A stretch of 63,320 nucleotides of DNA, the filler included, from Syncephalis fuscata S228 (lineage: Eukaryota > Fungi > Zoopagomycota): the NCBI GenBank assembly GCA_025786725.1. It is 4 parts of 4 records of this genome, joined end to end, with 100 filler letters (N's around TTAATTAATTAA, not from the genome) between each part and the next. Parts side by side here need not be neighbours in the genome. Positions count along the whole stretch, not along the records: positions 31,565 to 42,758 come from JAHLTZ010000285.1; positions 42,859 to 58,028 come from JAHLTZ010000223.1; 2 more parts are not named here. One strand, 5' to 3'. This document shows positions 37,008 through 51,462 of this stretch, piece by piece (position 1 is the first letter of the stretch; every line of letters begins with the position of its first letter). Both the position numbers and the translations under genes were made by a program. The notes under the pieces are model-generated. The model made no database searches and had not been told where the DNA came from. It saw only the letters and a program-made list of their open reading frames with translations.

Positions 37008-38119
37008 ATAGTATGATTTGGTGGTCAAATGACTATTTTTAATAACATTTGCGTAATTGAACTACACATTCGAATTCGGATTTATTAGCTTGAATGAGAC
37101 AACGGCCCGTAGGACCTAACCGCGCATTTGCAGCATTTGCCTGCCACCCCTGAACTACACATCCAATCTACTGAACATGGGAACAAGTGGTGAGTGACAT
37201 CAATCATCAAATACTCATCATTATAGATTTATTATACAGTATGCATATATCATCACAGTATGTGTTATTACTATATATACCCGTCACCTTGCTTGATTAA
37301 CATTAAAAGCATAACTAATTGGCATGGCTTAATTTATTTATAAATAATTTCAATAAAACAGAACTCCGTTCATATTCATATTATTTGTTTTACCAATATA
37401 ACTCAGTGAACAAACTAAGTGCAATATGTTAATTTTATTAATAAAAGAGTTGGAACCATACCGACAACGGCTATAGACAGCGTATAGCCAATATATAATA
37501 AAATAATAAACATTATAATGGATACACAATGTTGAACGAGATTAGCAATGTTTAAGTTATTGAGCATATATGCATGAACAAGATGACCAACATTAGTTGA
37601 ACTTTTTTAATAATAAAGCTAAAATAAAAATAAATGTATTTTTGATACAGAAAGACTATGCAAGTATAGAATGATATATAAATGATAAATGTACGGTAAG
37701 AAAGCGTATAAAACGATGTTAAAGTTATAGTGCATATAACGTAATGAGGGAAATGAATGAAGTTTATTAGAACGTATAAACAATAGAATGTATCTAATAT
37801 GGAATAGAATAGTATATAATACTGTGAAATAGGATGAGGATGATATATGTAAATAGAGTATATATGTGTGCTGAATATATGCATACTGGATAATGAATCT
37901 ATGCTGATGGGTATTTTGGACCCTGATGTGAATTACGCTAGTTTCATGTTCAATAGATTGGATGTTATTAAAAATAGTTATTTGTTCACAAAAAACAAGG
38001 TGTGATGATGTAATGATTAAATAAAACTTACCACTTGTCCATGTTCAATAGATTGAATGTACAGTTCAATTACGCAAATGTTGTCAAGTTTAGCCATTTA
38101 ACTTCTAAATTATATTAAA
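37008..38119. mobile_element. MITE family copy with duplicated right arm
   Basis: Left arm tagtatgatttggtggtcaaatgact...; inverted arms near 37550-37985 and 38030-38119. Confidence 0.7.
37070..37150 (-). mobile_element. 5'-truncated copy of the SINE
   Basis: Matches the 3' ~80 nt of the full SINE (about 20829-20908); 12-bp TSD tgaactacacat (37058-37069/37151-37162). Confidence 0.85.
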
Positions 38120-38356
38120 GGTTAATAAATTGTTTATTAATTTATTATTTTTAAAATAAATAGTGTAGTTAGTTATATTTAATTAATAGTTGCAAAAAGC
38201 TGTTTAATTAATAAAGAGATACCTATTTATTTATTATAATAATTTTGTTAAATCAATCGCTAATGACACATTTAGTTTATAGTCATAGAATAGATAGCAA
38301 TATAAATGATAATGTATAAAAAATACTTGTGCAAAAAGGAATGTCTACAATTATTA

Positions 38357-41300
38357 TTATTCTTCCTCTTCCTCCTCTTCTATCATCATGGCAAGTGCGG
38401 GTGCGGCCTTGGGTCGCATAGTAGAGCGGGTGGCAGAAGACGTAGGTCTAAATCGCCTCCATTGCCACCATCTACTGAACCGCCACCACCCTCTTCGTCT
38501 GCTTCTTGGATATCATTTGCTGCCTCCTCAGACGCCGACACTGAACGAACAACATTAACAGGTTGCGTCGAGTCACCATAGTGGTTGTTGAAAACGGATG
38601 TTGTAAAGAGCGAGTTGGTGAGCCAGCTAGTTTCCACGATGGTAGTGGCACTGTAGCTATGGCTATGGGCGATGTTATAGATTCAGGTAAACCAGTAGAT
38701 ACTACCGTTGGTGATTCAATAGAGTGTTCGGTGCCATTGACACCATCAATAGACGGCGCTGTCATATTCATAGCCTCTCCACGGCCAGATGTCAACGACG
38801 AAGTAGCGCCATTAGCATCATCAATAGACGGTGTTGTCATATTCATTGATTCGCCATGCCAGCTACTAATGGCGATGCAATACCATTACCTGTTGCACCT
38901 GATGTTATTTTAGTACTACTTCGTTTAGTACTACGTTCACTTTCACTTCTGGTTAATCCCGTAGCTGCTCCTACACCTTTAATACCCTTTGGCATCATTG
39001 GCAAGGGTAGTCGCTGGCAGCTTGTGCACGGCGGTGTTCTTCAGCAACACCTCTTAAATCGCCAATACTTCGTGATCGTGATCTTTAGCAATATTATGAC
39101 ATTTTGACCACTACTGCTATAGTCTTTTGAAGAGTGTCGTACATGAATTGACGGGACGCCAGACGGTTTTAATGGGCCACCGTTAAGCGATGGCATTGGC
39201 GGGGCACCTTGAGCCATTTCACGTGCTCGTTGAGTTAAAGTTGGGTCCGACGACCATTGTTGCCATCGGTGACGTTCAGGACTTCTTTCTTTACTGCTAC
39301 TACCTGTGCCACGACGTCTTAGATCGCGGAAAGCGTACTTAACCGGTTAGGTGAACGAGATCTGCGTTCTTTTTCTCGTAAGTAGTTGGAGCGTCTGCTC
39401 CATCATTGGATGCTGCACCATTACCGTTACCACCACCACCATTTGATGCTGTCATCTGACCATTACCAGCCGTTGCAACAGCCATAGCACTATTATTTAT
39501 GCTGACTATGGCTGTGCTGATTATTGGTAGACGATGAAGACGAAGAGGTAAATGATAGCCAAGGAAGTGACATCTTCCGTAAAGCATTATCCATACCATG
39601 AAGTGGTTGTGGTGGCGGTGACATAGACATAGGTGTGCTTTCTATGGTTGATAAATCCTCCGGATTGGATTTATTAAATCGTGTTATAAGTGGCTGATTG
39701 GCAAGCTGATCATCATGTCTTGATGTGCTACGTAATTGTGGTGCTGTTTTTACACTACTTGCAGCAATAGACAATGCACTATTGCGCCTTCGAAGTCGAG
39801 TGCCCAAAATGTAGTAGAGTGCTGTCAGTGCATCACATGCATCTCGTCGCACCGATCTTTCCATAGCCTTTGTGTTAATACCAACACGGCTTAGCATAGC
39901 CATCAGCTCGCCTTCTTCTAGGCTGTCTGTCGATGAACGAGCACTATTGCTATTGGCGTTAGACGCATTTAACGCCACATTCAAGTGATCTGATTGTATA
40001 AGAGGAGCACTGCCTTTACGCGGTGGCGTGGATCTTATATGTGGCATGGATTGGGCAAATGATTGCACCAATGACATAGGACTGCTACTTAATTGATCCA
40101 ATGATCGTCCACCACTACCGCTTCCATAGCCATTAGCATATGGTGAAGGCGATTGAGGTGGCGGTGATTTTGGTAATGATTCTGGCTTTGTTTCATCATC
40201 AGCCTCTGATGTTGCTGCACGAAATAGCCATGGATGCACCAAAATACGATCTATATCAACACGATCCTTGGCGCGTACTTGTAGCATTGCCTTGATTAGA
40301 TTTGCCGCTTCTATATTATATACAATAAATAGTATCAATTTAGTTTAAATTAATCGTTATTTACATATAAATAACTGACCTGGATCTATTTCATTAGGAA
40401 TTGTATATTCGCCAAGTACAATTTTTCTATTGGTTTGCACGGGATCGTCTTCGTCAAATGGCAACCGTCCACATAATAATGTATATAGAATTACGCCCAG
40501 CGACCAAATATCTGCCTCTATATATCATTAACATAATTATTACCATGTTATTAATGTCGACAAAACTGTATATTATAACTACTTACCTGGACCACTATAA
40601 CGTTGTCCACTAATCATTTCTGGTGCAGCATAAGCCATAGATCCACAATACGATTCAAGCATGCGCCTTTGATCAAATTCACGTGTAAAACCAAAGTCAA
40701 TCAATTTAACATCTAGTTGGTCGTCTAATAATATATTTTCTAATTTAAGATCTCTATATAATTACATTAATTATATAGTCAGTATATTCTAGCAACTACT
40801 TACCGATGAACAAGATTACGACGATGCAGATAGGCTACCGCATCTGCCGTTTGACGAAACCATTTACGCGTATCTCCCAAAGTAGGACGGCCTACTTTAT
40901 TCACCCATAAGAGCAAATCACCACGTGATGCATATTCCATGGCCAAATATATTTTAGTTTCAGTTGTTAACAGTTCGTAAAGTCGTACGATATGCGGATG
41001 ATTAAGCCGGCGCCAGTGTTCAACTTCGCGCACCACAGCATGAGCATGCGTTTTGTCGATTACCTTCAATGCCACCTAAACAGTAAACACATACAAATAC
41101 ACACATACACAAATAATTATACCCATACAAGGCCATTTAGTGTTGATTCTTATAATTTAACTTATACCATTTACCTGATGTCCAGTCAGCGCATGAAGTG
41201 CCAATTTAATTTTGCCAAATGATCCTATTATACAACAGATATTAATAAACACGTCTATCGAATTCTACTACATCAATTATATTATTACCTTGGCCAATGG

Positions 41301-41507
41301 TTTTGTCTAGCATGTACGTGCCAACACATTTGGGTGTCTTGGAGACCAGCTCCTGGTAGAGCTCCTACACAGCGATATTACAAAATAAATGGGCCATTGG
41401 TTTAATTACTAGTACCAAGATCAAAGTGCCAATTGGTATATACATACCTGTACACGTTGTAAATCTTGACGCTGCTGCGTTCCTTTTTTTCTTTGTAAAA
41501 TATTCAT
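38357..41507 (-). CDS. CAMK-group Ser/Thr kinase (MARK/AMPK-related) with long disordered tail; tail frameshifted
   Basis: IGQGSFGKIKLA, ALK, HRDLKLEN, DFGF, CGSMAYAAPE, DIWSLG; tail ends MIEEEEEE*. Confidence 0.82.
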
Positions 41508-42758
41508 AGCTTCGGCTGCTATTGTACGCGAGTTTATAGCATAAAGGCCAGTAATAACACGACAGACGAAAGGTAAGAAAAGGCGATATAGAGATAAGAA
41601 GGTGAAGAATAAGAGTAGAGATGATACAACAATGCTGCAAGTAACGACTATAGTTTGCGCTGTCCTTTCGACTAAGCTGGTTAGAATGCAAAATGATTGT
41701 AGTTGTAGTAATAGAACGAGTTTTACCAACACAAACTGGCACCAAGTCAAGGCGGTGATAGCAATGCAAGAAGCACTACACGTGGAAAGCTGTTCGGTGG
41801 TTGTGGATGTGCTTTAGGTGAGTGTGAGTGACCGAGCGAACAAATGGGTAATGGGTGTCCCCAAGCAGGATATCGTATAGTTCAGTGTGAATACTGTTTC
41901 ACGCTTCGGTGTTCTACATACATGTATAACGCCGACACGCATCAATATCGGCCGACGACCTTATATATCTACCAGCAGCGACAAGGCCAAGCACAAGCCA
42001 GTTCACAAAGAAGAGCGTATAATCCGGTTTAAATGCGGCTTTTTATCTTTACTATGTACCGCAAGCAAATACTGGATTTTTTTATCTACAGCCAAGAAGC
42101 AAGCAAAAATGCGCAGCACGCAAATAAAAATAGCATACAAATAAATGAAAACGATGGTGCTTGGCAAGTAAACCAACAACAATGAAAACGACTTGCAAAT
42201 GAAGAAACGAAAGATGACTACAAGTGCTGCAATGTCAAAGGCGACAGCTCTGTTAATACCATGAACAAATCGATCAACAGCGGAGAACAAATTAAAATAA
42301 CTAATAAAAATGATCAATAGACTGTTGGGCCTGACCCATATCAATATTAAGCAATACGAATAAAATGGTTAAATTTTACTTTGACTCCCTGTCCTTAAAC
42401 TGGGATAAAAAGATCAATAACTTGAATGTAAGCCGTCGATCATTTTTTACTACTGAGGAGTGTGATTTGTCGATGTAATGTTATGCCAACTTTATTTGAA
42501 TAATCCAATAGCAAGTAGCAGATGATTCAAGTATTGTAGGCTGGCGTAATTACAATTGGTTAGATTTTATTTTCCCACATTGAGTTTCTAAAGTAAATTC
42601 GTTCCAATTGAAATCATGTCGTCGTTATACGCAACATAGTTATATTACTTTTTATTAAAACGCTGTTAATAAATTGATTTAAATAAATAACGTAAAATAC
42701 TATTTGATTTCTTTGGAACATTTGAGGCTGACTATTGTCGTTGTTGGCCATGTGTAGG

Positions 42759-42858
42759 NNNNNNNNNNNNNNNNNNNNNNNNNNNNNNNNNNNNNNNNNN
42801 NNTTAATTAATTAANNNNNNNNNNNNNNNNNNNNNNNNNNNNNNNNNNNNNNNNNNNN
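42759..42858. other. artificial contig linker/gap
   Basis: N44-TTAATTAATTAA-N44. Confidence 0.95.
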
Positions 42859-43579
42859 ATATTTTATAACAATAGATTGCGTTGTAACAATGCATAAACA
42901 TAAATTTAGAAAATCATGTCTATTATTGCTGCTTTGCATAACTTTCAGCTTGCATTACAGCCAGTAACATGGCATCAACGACAAAGAGTTGAAAGCCGTT
43001 TTAAATGTCTATTGTGCTGTATGTAAGGGGGAGTGAATAAAGCCTTAAAATGGCGCATCAGCATTTGCAAGTACAATCAGCATGACTATTGTTTCATATA
43101 TAATGATGCATTCCTATATTAACTTTTTGTGTCAATCTACTCATTTACACCAAATCACTTGAGCCACATATGTTGAATATTGGTAAAGCAATCTTATTTA
43201 CATTAAAATACACAGCAATATGTGAAATAGCACAATTTATATAGTGACGATGTAATAAAATACTCAAACAGTCGGTTGACTAGATTTCCTTTGTAACAAC
43301 AACAATGGAGTAACGTGTGGCTTTGTTTTTCACAAAATGAAACACACAATTTTGAGGTCTCGGTTCATTTCTTTAATACCCATAAATAATTTATGTTTTC
43401 ATTTTAATAAATTCAGTATAAATAGTGCAACATTTAGTTCATAAAAAACAAATCTTCACTACACTCAATAGCTCAACAGCGCTCACTCTCTTACGCAAAC
43501 TTTTAGATTTCAACGACAAGGCTGGTCCTTTAACTACGCAACTTTTAAACCCATTAAAACAACAAATTTGATTTTTAAA

Positions 43580-44401
43580 ATGACTCGTTTTACATCCGCT
43601 ATTGGTATGACTTTCTGCGCCGCCGCCGTCATTGCGCTCTCTGCTATCTCAGGCACATCGGCTCACGGCTACATGACTAAGCCATTACCCCGTGGTATTC
43701 AAAAAGCATCGTTTTTAGTTGATGATCTTAAGAGCCCCAATTTTAAAGGTGTTTGCCGCGGTGAACCCGCTGGTACAGTCACCACAGTAGGCCGTAGAGT
43801 TAAACTTGAATTTGAAATCACGGCTGAACACATTGGCAAGTGCGAAGTATACATTCTTAACCCAGATTTTAGTAATCCACGCCTGATCGCTTCAAAGGAC
43901 GGATGTGCCAAGACAAAACCTGCGGCACCATGGACAATTAACATTCCATCTGACATTACTGGCCGCAAAATCATTCGCTGGATGTGGCACGCCTCCCATC
44001 GCGTCACCGAAATTGAAGAATATGAACAGTGCGCTGATGTCATAATTAATCCTGGCAAAAAACGTGTTAGACGCGACAATGAAGATAAAATCGTGGAGGA
44101 CATCGATGTGGAGGAAATTGATGTGGAGGAAGCCTCTGCACCAGACGCACCAGTCACCCCAGCTACCCCAGCTACATCAGTTGCTCCAATTGTTCCAGCT
44201 ACCCCAGCTACTCCAGTTGCTTCAGTTACTTCAGCTGCTCCAGTTGCTTCAATTTCTAGCGCTAGTGGATCATGTACTCCTGGACAATTTAAATGTGATG
44301 GCAGCAAATTCGGTCAATGCAATCATGGATCGTTTGTCTGGATGGCCTGTGGCCCTGGTACTGCCTGTAAGTCCAACGGCAGCTCTGTTTACTGTGGATA
44401 A
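43580..44401 (+). CDS. secreted LPMO-like protein with C-terminal CBM19-type chitin-binding module
   Basis: Signal peptide then HGY (His1), second His AEHIG, W.W.A.H..EEYEQC, Pro/Ala linker, CDGSKFGQCNHG..W..C..GTAC. Confidence 0.8.
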   Translation: MTRFTSAIGMTFCAAAVIALSAISGTSAHGYMTKPLPRGIQKASFLVDDLKSPNFKGVCRGEPAGTVTTVGRRVKLEFEITAEHIGKCEVYILNPDFSNPRLIASKDGCAKTKPAAPWTINIPSDITGRKIIRWMWHASHRVTEIEEYEQCADVIINPGKKRVRRDNEDKIVEDIDVEEIDVEEASAPDAPVTPATPATSVAPIVPATPATPVASVTSAAPVASISSASGSCTPGQFKCDGSKFGQCNHGSFVWMACGPGTACKSNGSSVYCG

Positions 44402-45673
44402 ATGCTTACTCAATGACTAATGACACCTTACGCTCTTAACCTCATGACTTGAATGCAATAAACTGTAACGATTTTATTTTAAACTAAATCTTATAATTAC
44501 TAAATTTATCTGCTTAAAAAGGATCATATTAATTTATTGTTTTACACTTCAATAATTATTTTAGATAATTAACGTGCTTTTATAGAAATAGATTGTAGTT
44601 TAGAAATAATAATGCATTGTTTTATATTGCAATTATCACAATTATTATATTATTATAATATAGAATCTTAAATATTAAACAACCAGTAGAAATTAGCATT
44701 TTAGGCTTGCTAGAGCAAACTTATGTAGCTATAGATTTGGTTAATTGTTTACTTTAGATGTGGCCAACTATGTATGTATTTATAAATAAAATTCATACCT
44801 AGCTAACGATTCTGTAATATCATGTTGACTATATATATGGCACCACAGCTATAAATAACTCATATGTCGTTATATAGATATACTGTGATGTAGCAATAAT
44901 GATCGAATGTTCTATACTGCAATCATTACTGTAAATGGTCAATATATTTTTATAACATTAGATTGCGTTGTAACAATGCATAAACATAAATTTAGAAAAT
45001 CATGTCTATTATTGCTGCTTTGCATAACTTTCAGCTTGCATTACAGCCAGTAACATGGCATCAACGACAAAGAGTTGAAAGCCGTTTTAAATGTCTATTG
45101 TGCTGTATGTAAGGGGGAGTGAATAAAGCCTTAAAATGGCGCATCAGCATTTGCAAGTACAATCAGCATGACTATTGTTTCATATATAATGATGCATTCC
45201 TATATTAACTTTTTGTGTCAATCTACTCATTTACACCAAATCACTTGAGCCACATATGTTGAATATTGGTAAAGCAATCTTATTTACATTAAAATACACA
45301 GCAATATGTGAAATAGCACAATTTATATAGTGACGATGTAATAAAATACTCAAACAGTCAGTTGACTAGATTTCCTTTGCAACAACAACAATGGAGTGGC
45401 AAATGGCTTTGTTTTTCACAAAATGAAACACACAATTTAAGCATTTTAGAACATTTTTTAAATATTATACACAATATGTAACACTACTTTAAAATAATTC
45501 AGTATAAATAGTGCAACATTTAGTTCATAAAAAATAAATCTTCACTACACTCAACAGCTCAACAGCGCTTTCTCACTCTCTTACGCAACTTTTAGATTCC
45601 AACAACAAGGCCGGTCCTTTAACTACGCAACTTTCAATCCACCAAAACAACGACTTAGATTTTGATTTTTAAA

Positions 45674-46402
45674 ATGACTCGCTTTACATCTGCTATTGGT
45701 ATGACTTTCTGTGCCGCCGCCGTCATTGCGCTCTCTGCTATCTCAGGCGCATCGGCCCATGGCTACTTGAACAGCCCACCACCTCGTGGTATTCAAAAAG
45801 CATCGTTTTTAATTGATGATCTTAAGAGCCCCAACTTTAAAGGCGTTTGCCGCGGTGAACCCGCTGGCACAGTCACCGCAGTAGGCCACACAGTTACGCT
45901 TGGCTTCGACATCACGGCTAAACATATTGGCATGTGCGAAGTGTACATTCTCGATGAGAACCTTGGCAATGCCCGCAAGATTGATTCCAAGGATGGTTGT
46001 GCCGCTCCAGGCAAGGCTGGTCCATGGACAATCAACATTCCATCTGATATTACCGGCCGCAAGGTCATTCGCTGGATGTGGCATGCCGCTCATCAAGTCA
46101 CCGTTATTGAAGAATATGAACAGTGTGTTGATGTCATAATTGGAGGCGGTGGCGGCAATGCTGCCAGTCCCAAGAGTGACTCTCCAGCACCTGCTTTGCC
46201 TGCTCCAGCTGCCCCATCTGCTCCAGTTGTTCCAGCTGCTCCTGCCACTCCAGCTCCTAGCGCTGGTGGATCATGCAGTCCTGGACAATTTAAATGTGAT
46301 GGCAACAAATTTGGTCAATGCAATTTTGGTTCATTTATCTGGATGGCATGTGGAACTGGTACTACCTGCAAAAGCAGCGGTAACTCTGTGCATTGTGGAT
46401 AA
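45674..46402 (+). CDS. tandem paralog: secreted LPMO-like + CBM19-type protein
   Basis: Same architecture (HGYL, AKHIG, EEYEQC). Confidence 0.8.
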   Translation: MTRFTSAIGMTFCAAAVIALSAISGASAHGYLNSPPPRGIQKASFLIDDLKSPNFKGVCRGEPAGTVTAVGHTVTLGFDITAKHIGMCEVYILDENLGNARKIDSKDGCAAPGKAGPWTINIPSDITGRKVIRWMWHAAHQVTVIEEYEQCVDVIIGGGGGNAASPKSDSPAPALPAPAAPSAPVVPAAPATPAPSAGGSCSPGQFKCDGNKFGQCNFGSFIWMACGTGTTCKSSGNSVHCG

Positions 46403-46768
46403 ATAACTATATAGTGACTAACGACACCTTACGCTCTTAACCTCATGACTTGAATACGATAAACTGTAACGATTCCATTTTAAATAAATCACGCAATTAC
46501 TGACTTTACTTAGTCAAAAACATACACATTTATTTAATGCACTATACTACAAATGTAACTGTAAACAAGTAGCATATTTTATAACAATAGATTGCGTTGT
46601 AATGATATTAATTTATTGTTTTATAGTGCAATTATTTCTATAAATAATTAATACACTTTCATCAAAATAAATCGTGTTGTAACCATGTCCAAAATATAAT
46701 TTTAGAAAAAAAAGAAAAATATTTTCATTACCACAGATTTGTATAACTTTTCCATCTTGCTAAACAAC

Positions 46769-49175
46769 ATGACGCCAACTACAACGAATTCACTAGAGGC
46801 AAAGCTGATTGATGAGAAGGAGACGTTTGCATCTTATCCGCTTGATTCGCGTTTATTACGTGCCTTGGCCAAACTAGGCTATGAGCATCCTACGCTAGTG
46901 CAAGCCAAAGCAATTCCACTTGCTCTGACTGGAAAAGATTTGCTAGCACGCGCACGTACGGGCAGTGGTAAAACGCTAGCCTACTTATTGCCTACTTGCC
47001 ATAAGATCTTGCAAGTCAAATCGGTAAGTACTGTTTGATGTATAAATTCTACTTATACTAATGCGCTTTATGGCCAATAGGAATTAACTGCCAGCGATGA
47101 ATCTCTGCAAGTAACACGGGCTCTAATACTAGTACCTACACGTGAACTGGCAGAACAAGTGACAAGCCAGCTAGGCCGACTTTTAATGTACTGTTCAAAG
47201 CAGGTCCGTGTCGTCAATCTTGCTGGGCAGACTTCAGTTGAGGTTCAACGGTAAATTTTATTAAACGAATAACTAAATAGCACATATTTCTAATTCGATC
47301 ATAAAACCAACCAACTAGATCCATGCTAGCCGAAAATCCTGATATTATTGTAGCTACACCTAGTCGAGTTCTACCCCATCTTAGAAATAAGGTAGCTTAA
47401 ACATTTGCAATTATTATGACAGTAGTTAACTATATCATTAAATTTAGCGTCTTATTCTTTCAGAAACTTTGGAGACTTTAGTAATTGACGAAGCCGATTT
47501 AGTATTGTCATTTGGATATGAAGAGGATGTGCGAGCCATTGTTGGCATGCTACCCAAAATATTCCAATCATTTCTTATGTCTGCTACACTAACACGTGAA
47601 TTAGACCAGTTGAAACAATTAGTTCTACACAATCCAGTAAGTAATTTGATACTTTAATAGTGCGATGTAATAAGTATATAATTAGGCCATTCTTAAATTG
47701 GAAGAGAGTGAAGAAGATCAATTGGATTTACTTACACAATACAGTGTGTCGTAAGTGTTTTTTTTGTTATTTTAACATTATAATCTAATTACACTAAACA
47801 ATGCTACAGATGTAGTGAAGCGGAAAAGTTTCTTCTTATATATGTTATTCTCAAACTACGCCTGATCAAGGGCAAAATTATACTGTTTGTCAATGAAATT
47901 GATCGATGCTATCGATTGAAGCTGTATTTAGAACAGTTTTCCATTAAAACTTGTGTGCTTAATTCAGAACTGCCGTTAAATTCACGGTACGACCAATTAT
48001 TGAATAGCACGGCTGTTTATTTAACTACTATTTAGATATCATATTGTAGAAGAATTCAATAAAGGTGTATATGATTATATCATTGCTACTGACGAGGCAA
48101 GTCTTCAAGGTGAACAGGACTCGGATGAAGAGCAAGGTTAGTTGATATGTGGCTGTATATTAATGATGTCAATAACAGTAATACCATTTTATTTAATTAA
48201 GATCAAGATTCAGATGTTGAAATGGCGGACCAATCAACTGTGCAACCTACAAAGAAGCGCAAACGTGCACAGCGTAAAGATAAAGAATACGGTGTCACAC
48301 GCGGTGTTGATTTTGTAGAGGTGGCCGCAGTATTCAACGTCGACTTTCCTGGCAGTGCTCGTGCCTACACACATCGTATCGGCCGTACGGCGCGTGCCGG
48401 TAAAGCAGGCGTCAGTCTGTCGTTTGTCGTTCCCAAAGACGCCGAAGTTAAAGAAGAGCTTATTCCAAAACGTTCTGGAAAGGTTGACGATGAGGCAATA
48501 TTTGCTAAAGTCAAGGCAAAGCAAAGCGGTAAGTATAGCCGTCAATGAATGCATATATGCAGTATAAATTTATTGACAATCACCTATGTAGCTCGCGGTG
48601 CAGAGATTAAGCCATATAACTTTGATATGAAGCAAGTAAACGGATTCCGTTATCGAATGGAGGATGCTTTACGTGCAGTTACCAAAATGTCTGTGCGAGA
48701 AGCACGTATCAAAGAACTAAAGGCTGAAATTATCCATTCTGAAAAATTAAAGGTAACTAGCAGCATATAGCATGGCACATTTTGCGTAAATGACAGCACT
48801 AACACATACGATGAGTTAGGCTCATTTTGAAGATAAACCAAAGGATCTTGAATTTCTGCGCCATGATCGTACATTACATCCAGCACGTGTACAGCCACAT
48901 ATGAAAAACGTTCCCAAATACTTATTACCCAAGATTAAGGATACGGCCAGTGGTGACGTGCTAGCCAATGCTGACACTAAAGGGCTGCATGATAAGCCGC
49001 AGTTCTCATCGAATCGACGTGGTCGCGGTGGTGGTCGTGGCGGTCGAGGCGGTCGCGGTGGCCAAGGCAATAAGGTTAGTCTAATTAAGTAGTGACACTC
49101 AATCGTGTATATATTTACCACAATATTGTATAGAAACGTAAAAACGATCCTTTAAAAAGCTTCAAGTACAAGTAA
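46769..49175 (+). CDS. DBP9: DEAD-box RNA helicase Dbp9/DDX56, many introns
   Basis: [60 protein letters not shown]. Confidence 0.93.
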
Positions 49176-49298
49176 ACACGAGATTTGATTTAAATATTAA
49201 TAAGCATTAGTTATGGTCCAATGTTATAATGACAATAAACAAAATAGTAGTAATATGATTTACATTTAATAAATGACTGTGAGCTTTAATAATAATAA

Positions 49299-50883
49299 TT
49301 AATAACGCGGTCGTTTAATCGCTTTTAACTTAATGATTGGCTCATCGTTGGATATTGTTTTGTATTTGGACCACATTGTTTTGTTTTTTACCATCGCCGG
49401 CACAATATCGAGTCGATCAAATCGTCGACGAATTTCTTGATCAAATTGAGTTAGACGGGGACCTGAAAACAATTTGCGCTGTAGTTTATAATTTTTTAAA
49501 AAAGCAGATCGAAAGCCATTCGGTGCCTCACTACTGTCATCTTTACGCGGAAAGAACCGACGACACCATTCACTCCACGATAAATTGCTTGTTGTGTAAT
49601 GAAGTGGACCAATCGACTGTTCGATGTCACCCAGTGTCCATTGCCGTAATCGTCTATCAGTTGGATAAGGTTGTCGACGAAATGCACTAGGCACTGTTGT
49701 CCAAAATAGTTTAAATAGTTCTTCAAAGATAGTATCTACGGCCACAATCACTGCCCCATCAATATGTTTATTGGCATTCGTTTTCTGCACTGTTAATTAA
49801 TCATGGTTAATTATAAATGCTATCGTATCCATGTGTCTTACTTTGCGGTGATATAATTAACATCGTTGTATCTGGAATGGGTACAGTATTGGACAAGTTT
49901 GAGATATTTACTGTGGATAAAGTGCGTTCACCTAAAGTACTATAGATAATTCAATTTCTTAATAATAAACTTTAATATATGTATATATGTATATACCTTT
50001 CCTTTAACGTATTTCTAAATGGCTGTGACCTATTAGATAGTGCATTCTGTATATCTTTCGTGTGTATCTTAGTATTATTGGCATTTTTACTAATAGTTGG
50101 ATGTACGTCATTTGATCGAGTAGTATTAGTATTTGTTATCAGTGAATTGGTATGCGCATTAGTAGTTGTATCTTGATTCAGTGCTTTAGTATCAAGTCCA
50201 AGTGTTACAAGTGGAGTGGAGGGCCGAGTAGCCGATTGACGTTTCGTATCCGTAGTGATTAATGGCTGATTTAATACAGATGTGACAGCCAATGCCCGTA
50301 ACATATCAGCCACACCGAGTGCTGTATTAGTTGCAGTGGCAAGTTGTATAGCATCGGTGATTCCGATAATTGCTGTTGACACGGCTGTTGCTGCAGCTAT
50401 ATTCATATTTAGCAACACCTTTTCCGTACCTTTTTCTTGTTGTTTATTTGCCATATGGATGACATCAGCTGCGGTTATCGCAGCTTTCTTTACAGCATCG
50501 GCTACTTGGGCAAATGTTGCGGCCATTCTCGTGGCCTGTTGTACTGCTGTCGAAAAAGCATTAATTGTTTTGTCGATCGACGCGGCATCAAGTCGTGCTG
50601 CAATTGCTGAAGAGAGCTCTAATTTAGACTGTTTTGAAGATACTGGACGTGTTGGTGTGGGTACAGTGTCGAGCAGTTGCGCTTTAGCACTATCAAACTT
50701 GTCAAAAAATAGCTTAGGTGAGGATAAAGCGTTATCGGTTAGCCAGCTTGCTGCTGCTGTGTCTTCCAAAATACGCGTACTATAATGAGAATGCTGTCCC
50801 ACTACTAAAGTATTACTGGCTATTGGACTTTCTAAGCCATTTGTACTATTGCTTGCTTGAGATGGTTTAGCTAATGATTCCAT
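49299..50883 (-). CDS. hypothetical protein, spliced
   Basis: Two long ORFs (Ala/Thr-rich; W-rich C-terminal) linked by short introns. Confidence 0.55.
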
Positions 50884-51462
50884 TAGTATGCACTGACTAA
50901 GGTTATAAAGAAGAAGCAAGAATGTTTTTTGTAAGTTTTATTTAATTTATTAATTTGTTAATTGATTTGTTAATTAATCCATTAGATAGTTAATTAATTT
51001 GTTAATTAATCAATTATTCGTATTTTATAATCTACTGATTGCCATGTGGCGCAGATTTCAAAACAAAAAATACTTGGCGGCTTTCCCTCTTTTCTCCTCC
51101 TCTCGCTCCATATTACTGCAGGCCTACGCACAGATACACTCACTACCGCCGCGACAATTATTACTACTACTTCTGCTACTTCTACTACTATTACTATTAC
51201 TACAGCAGTTGCTATTACTTTATTGTTGCAACTTTGGTAGTAGTAAAAGACCATTTTACTGGTTTAAAGTGAACACCATTTATTTTACATTCCGTTTCAC
51301 CTTATTCATCGTTTTTCATTGATAAAAAGCCTGTTGTGAGAGTAAGCATTCATAACGCCACTTTACCTAAACAACCAAAAAGCCATTGCGCGGCTACTAG
51401 CCACATCTACGACGCGTCCTTAGATACCCTGCTTATATACAGCATAAATACACTATTTACTC

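Noticed and set aside
50999-51322. Poly-L/Y/T ORFs
   Set aside because: Translations of a (TAC)n microsatellite region
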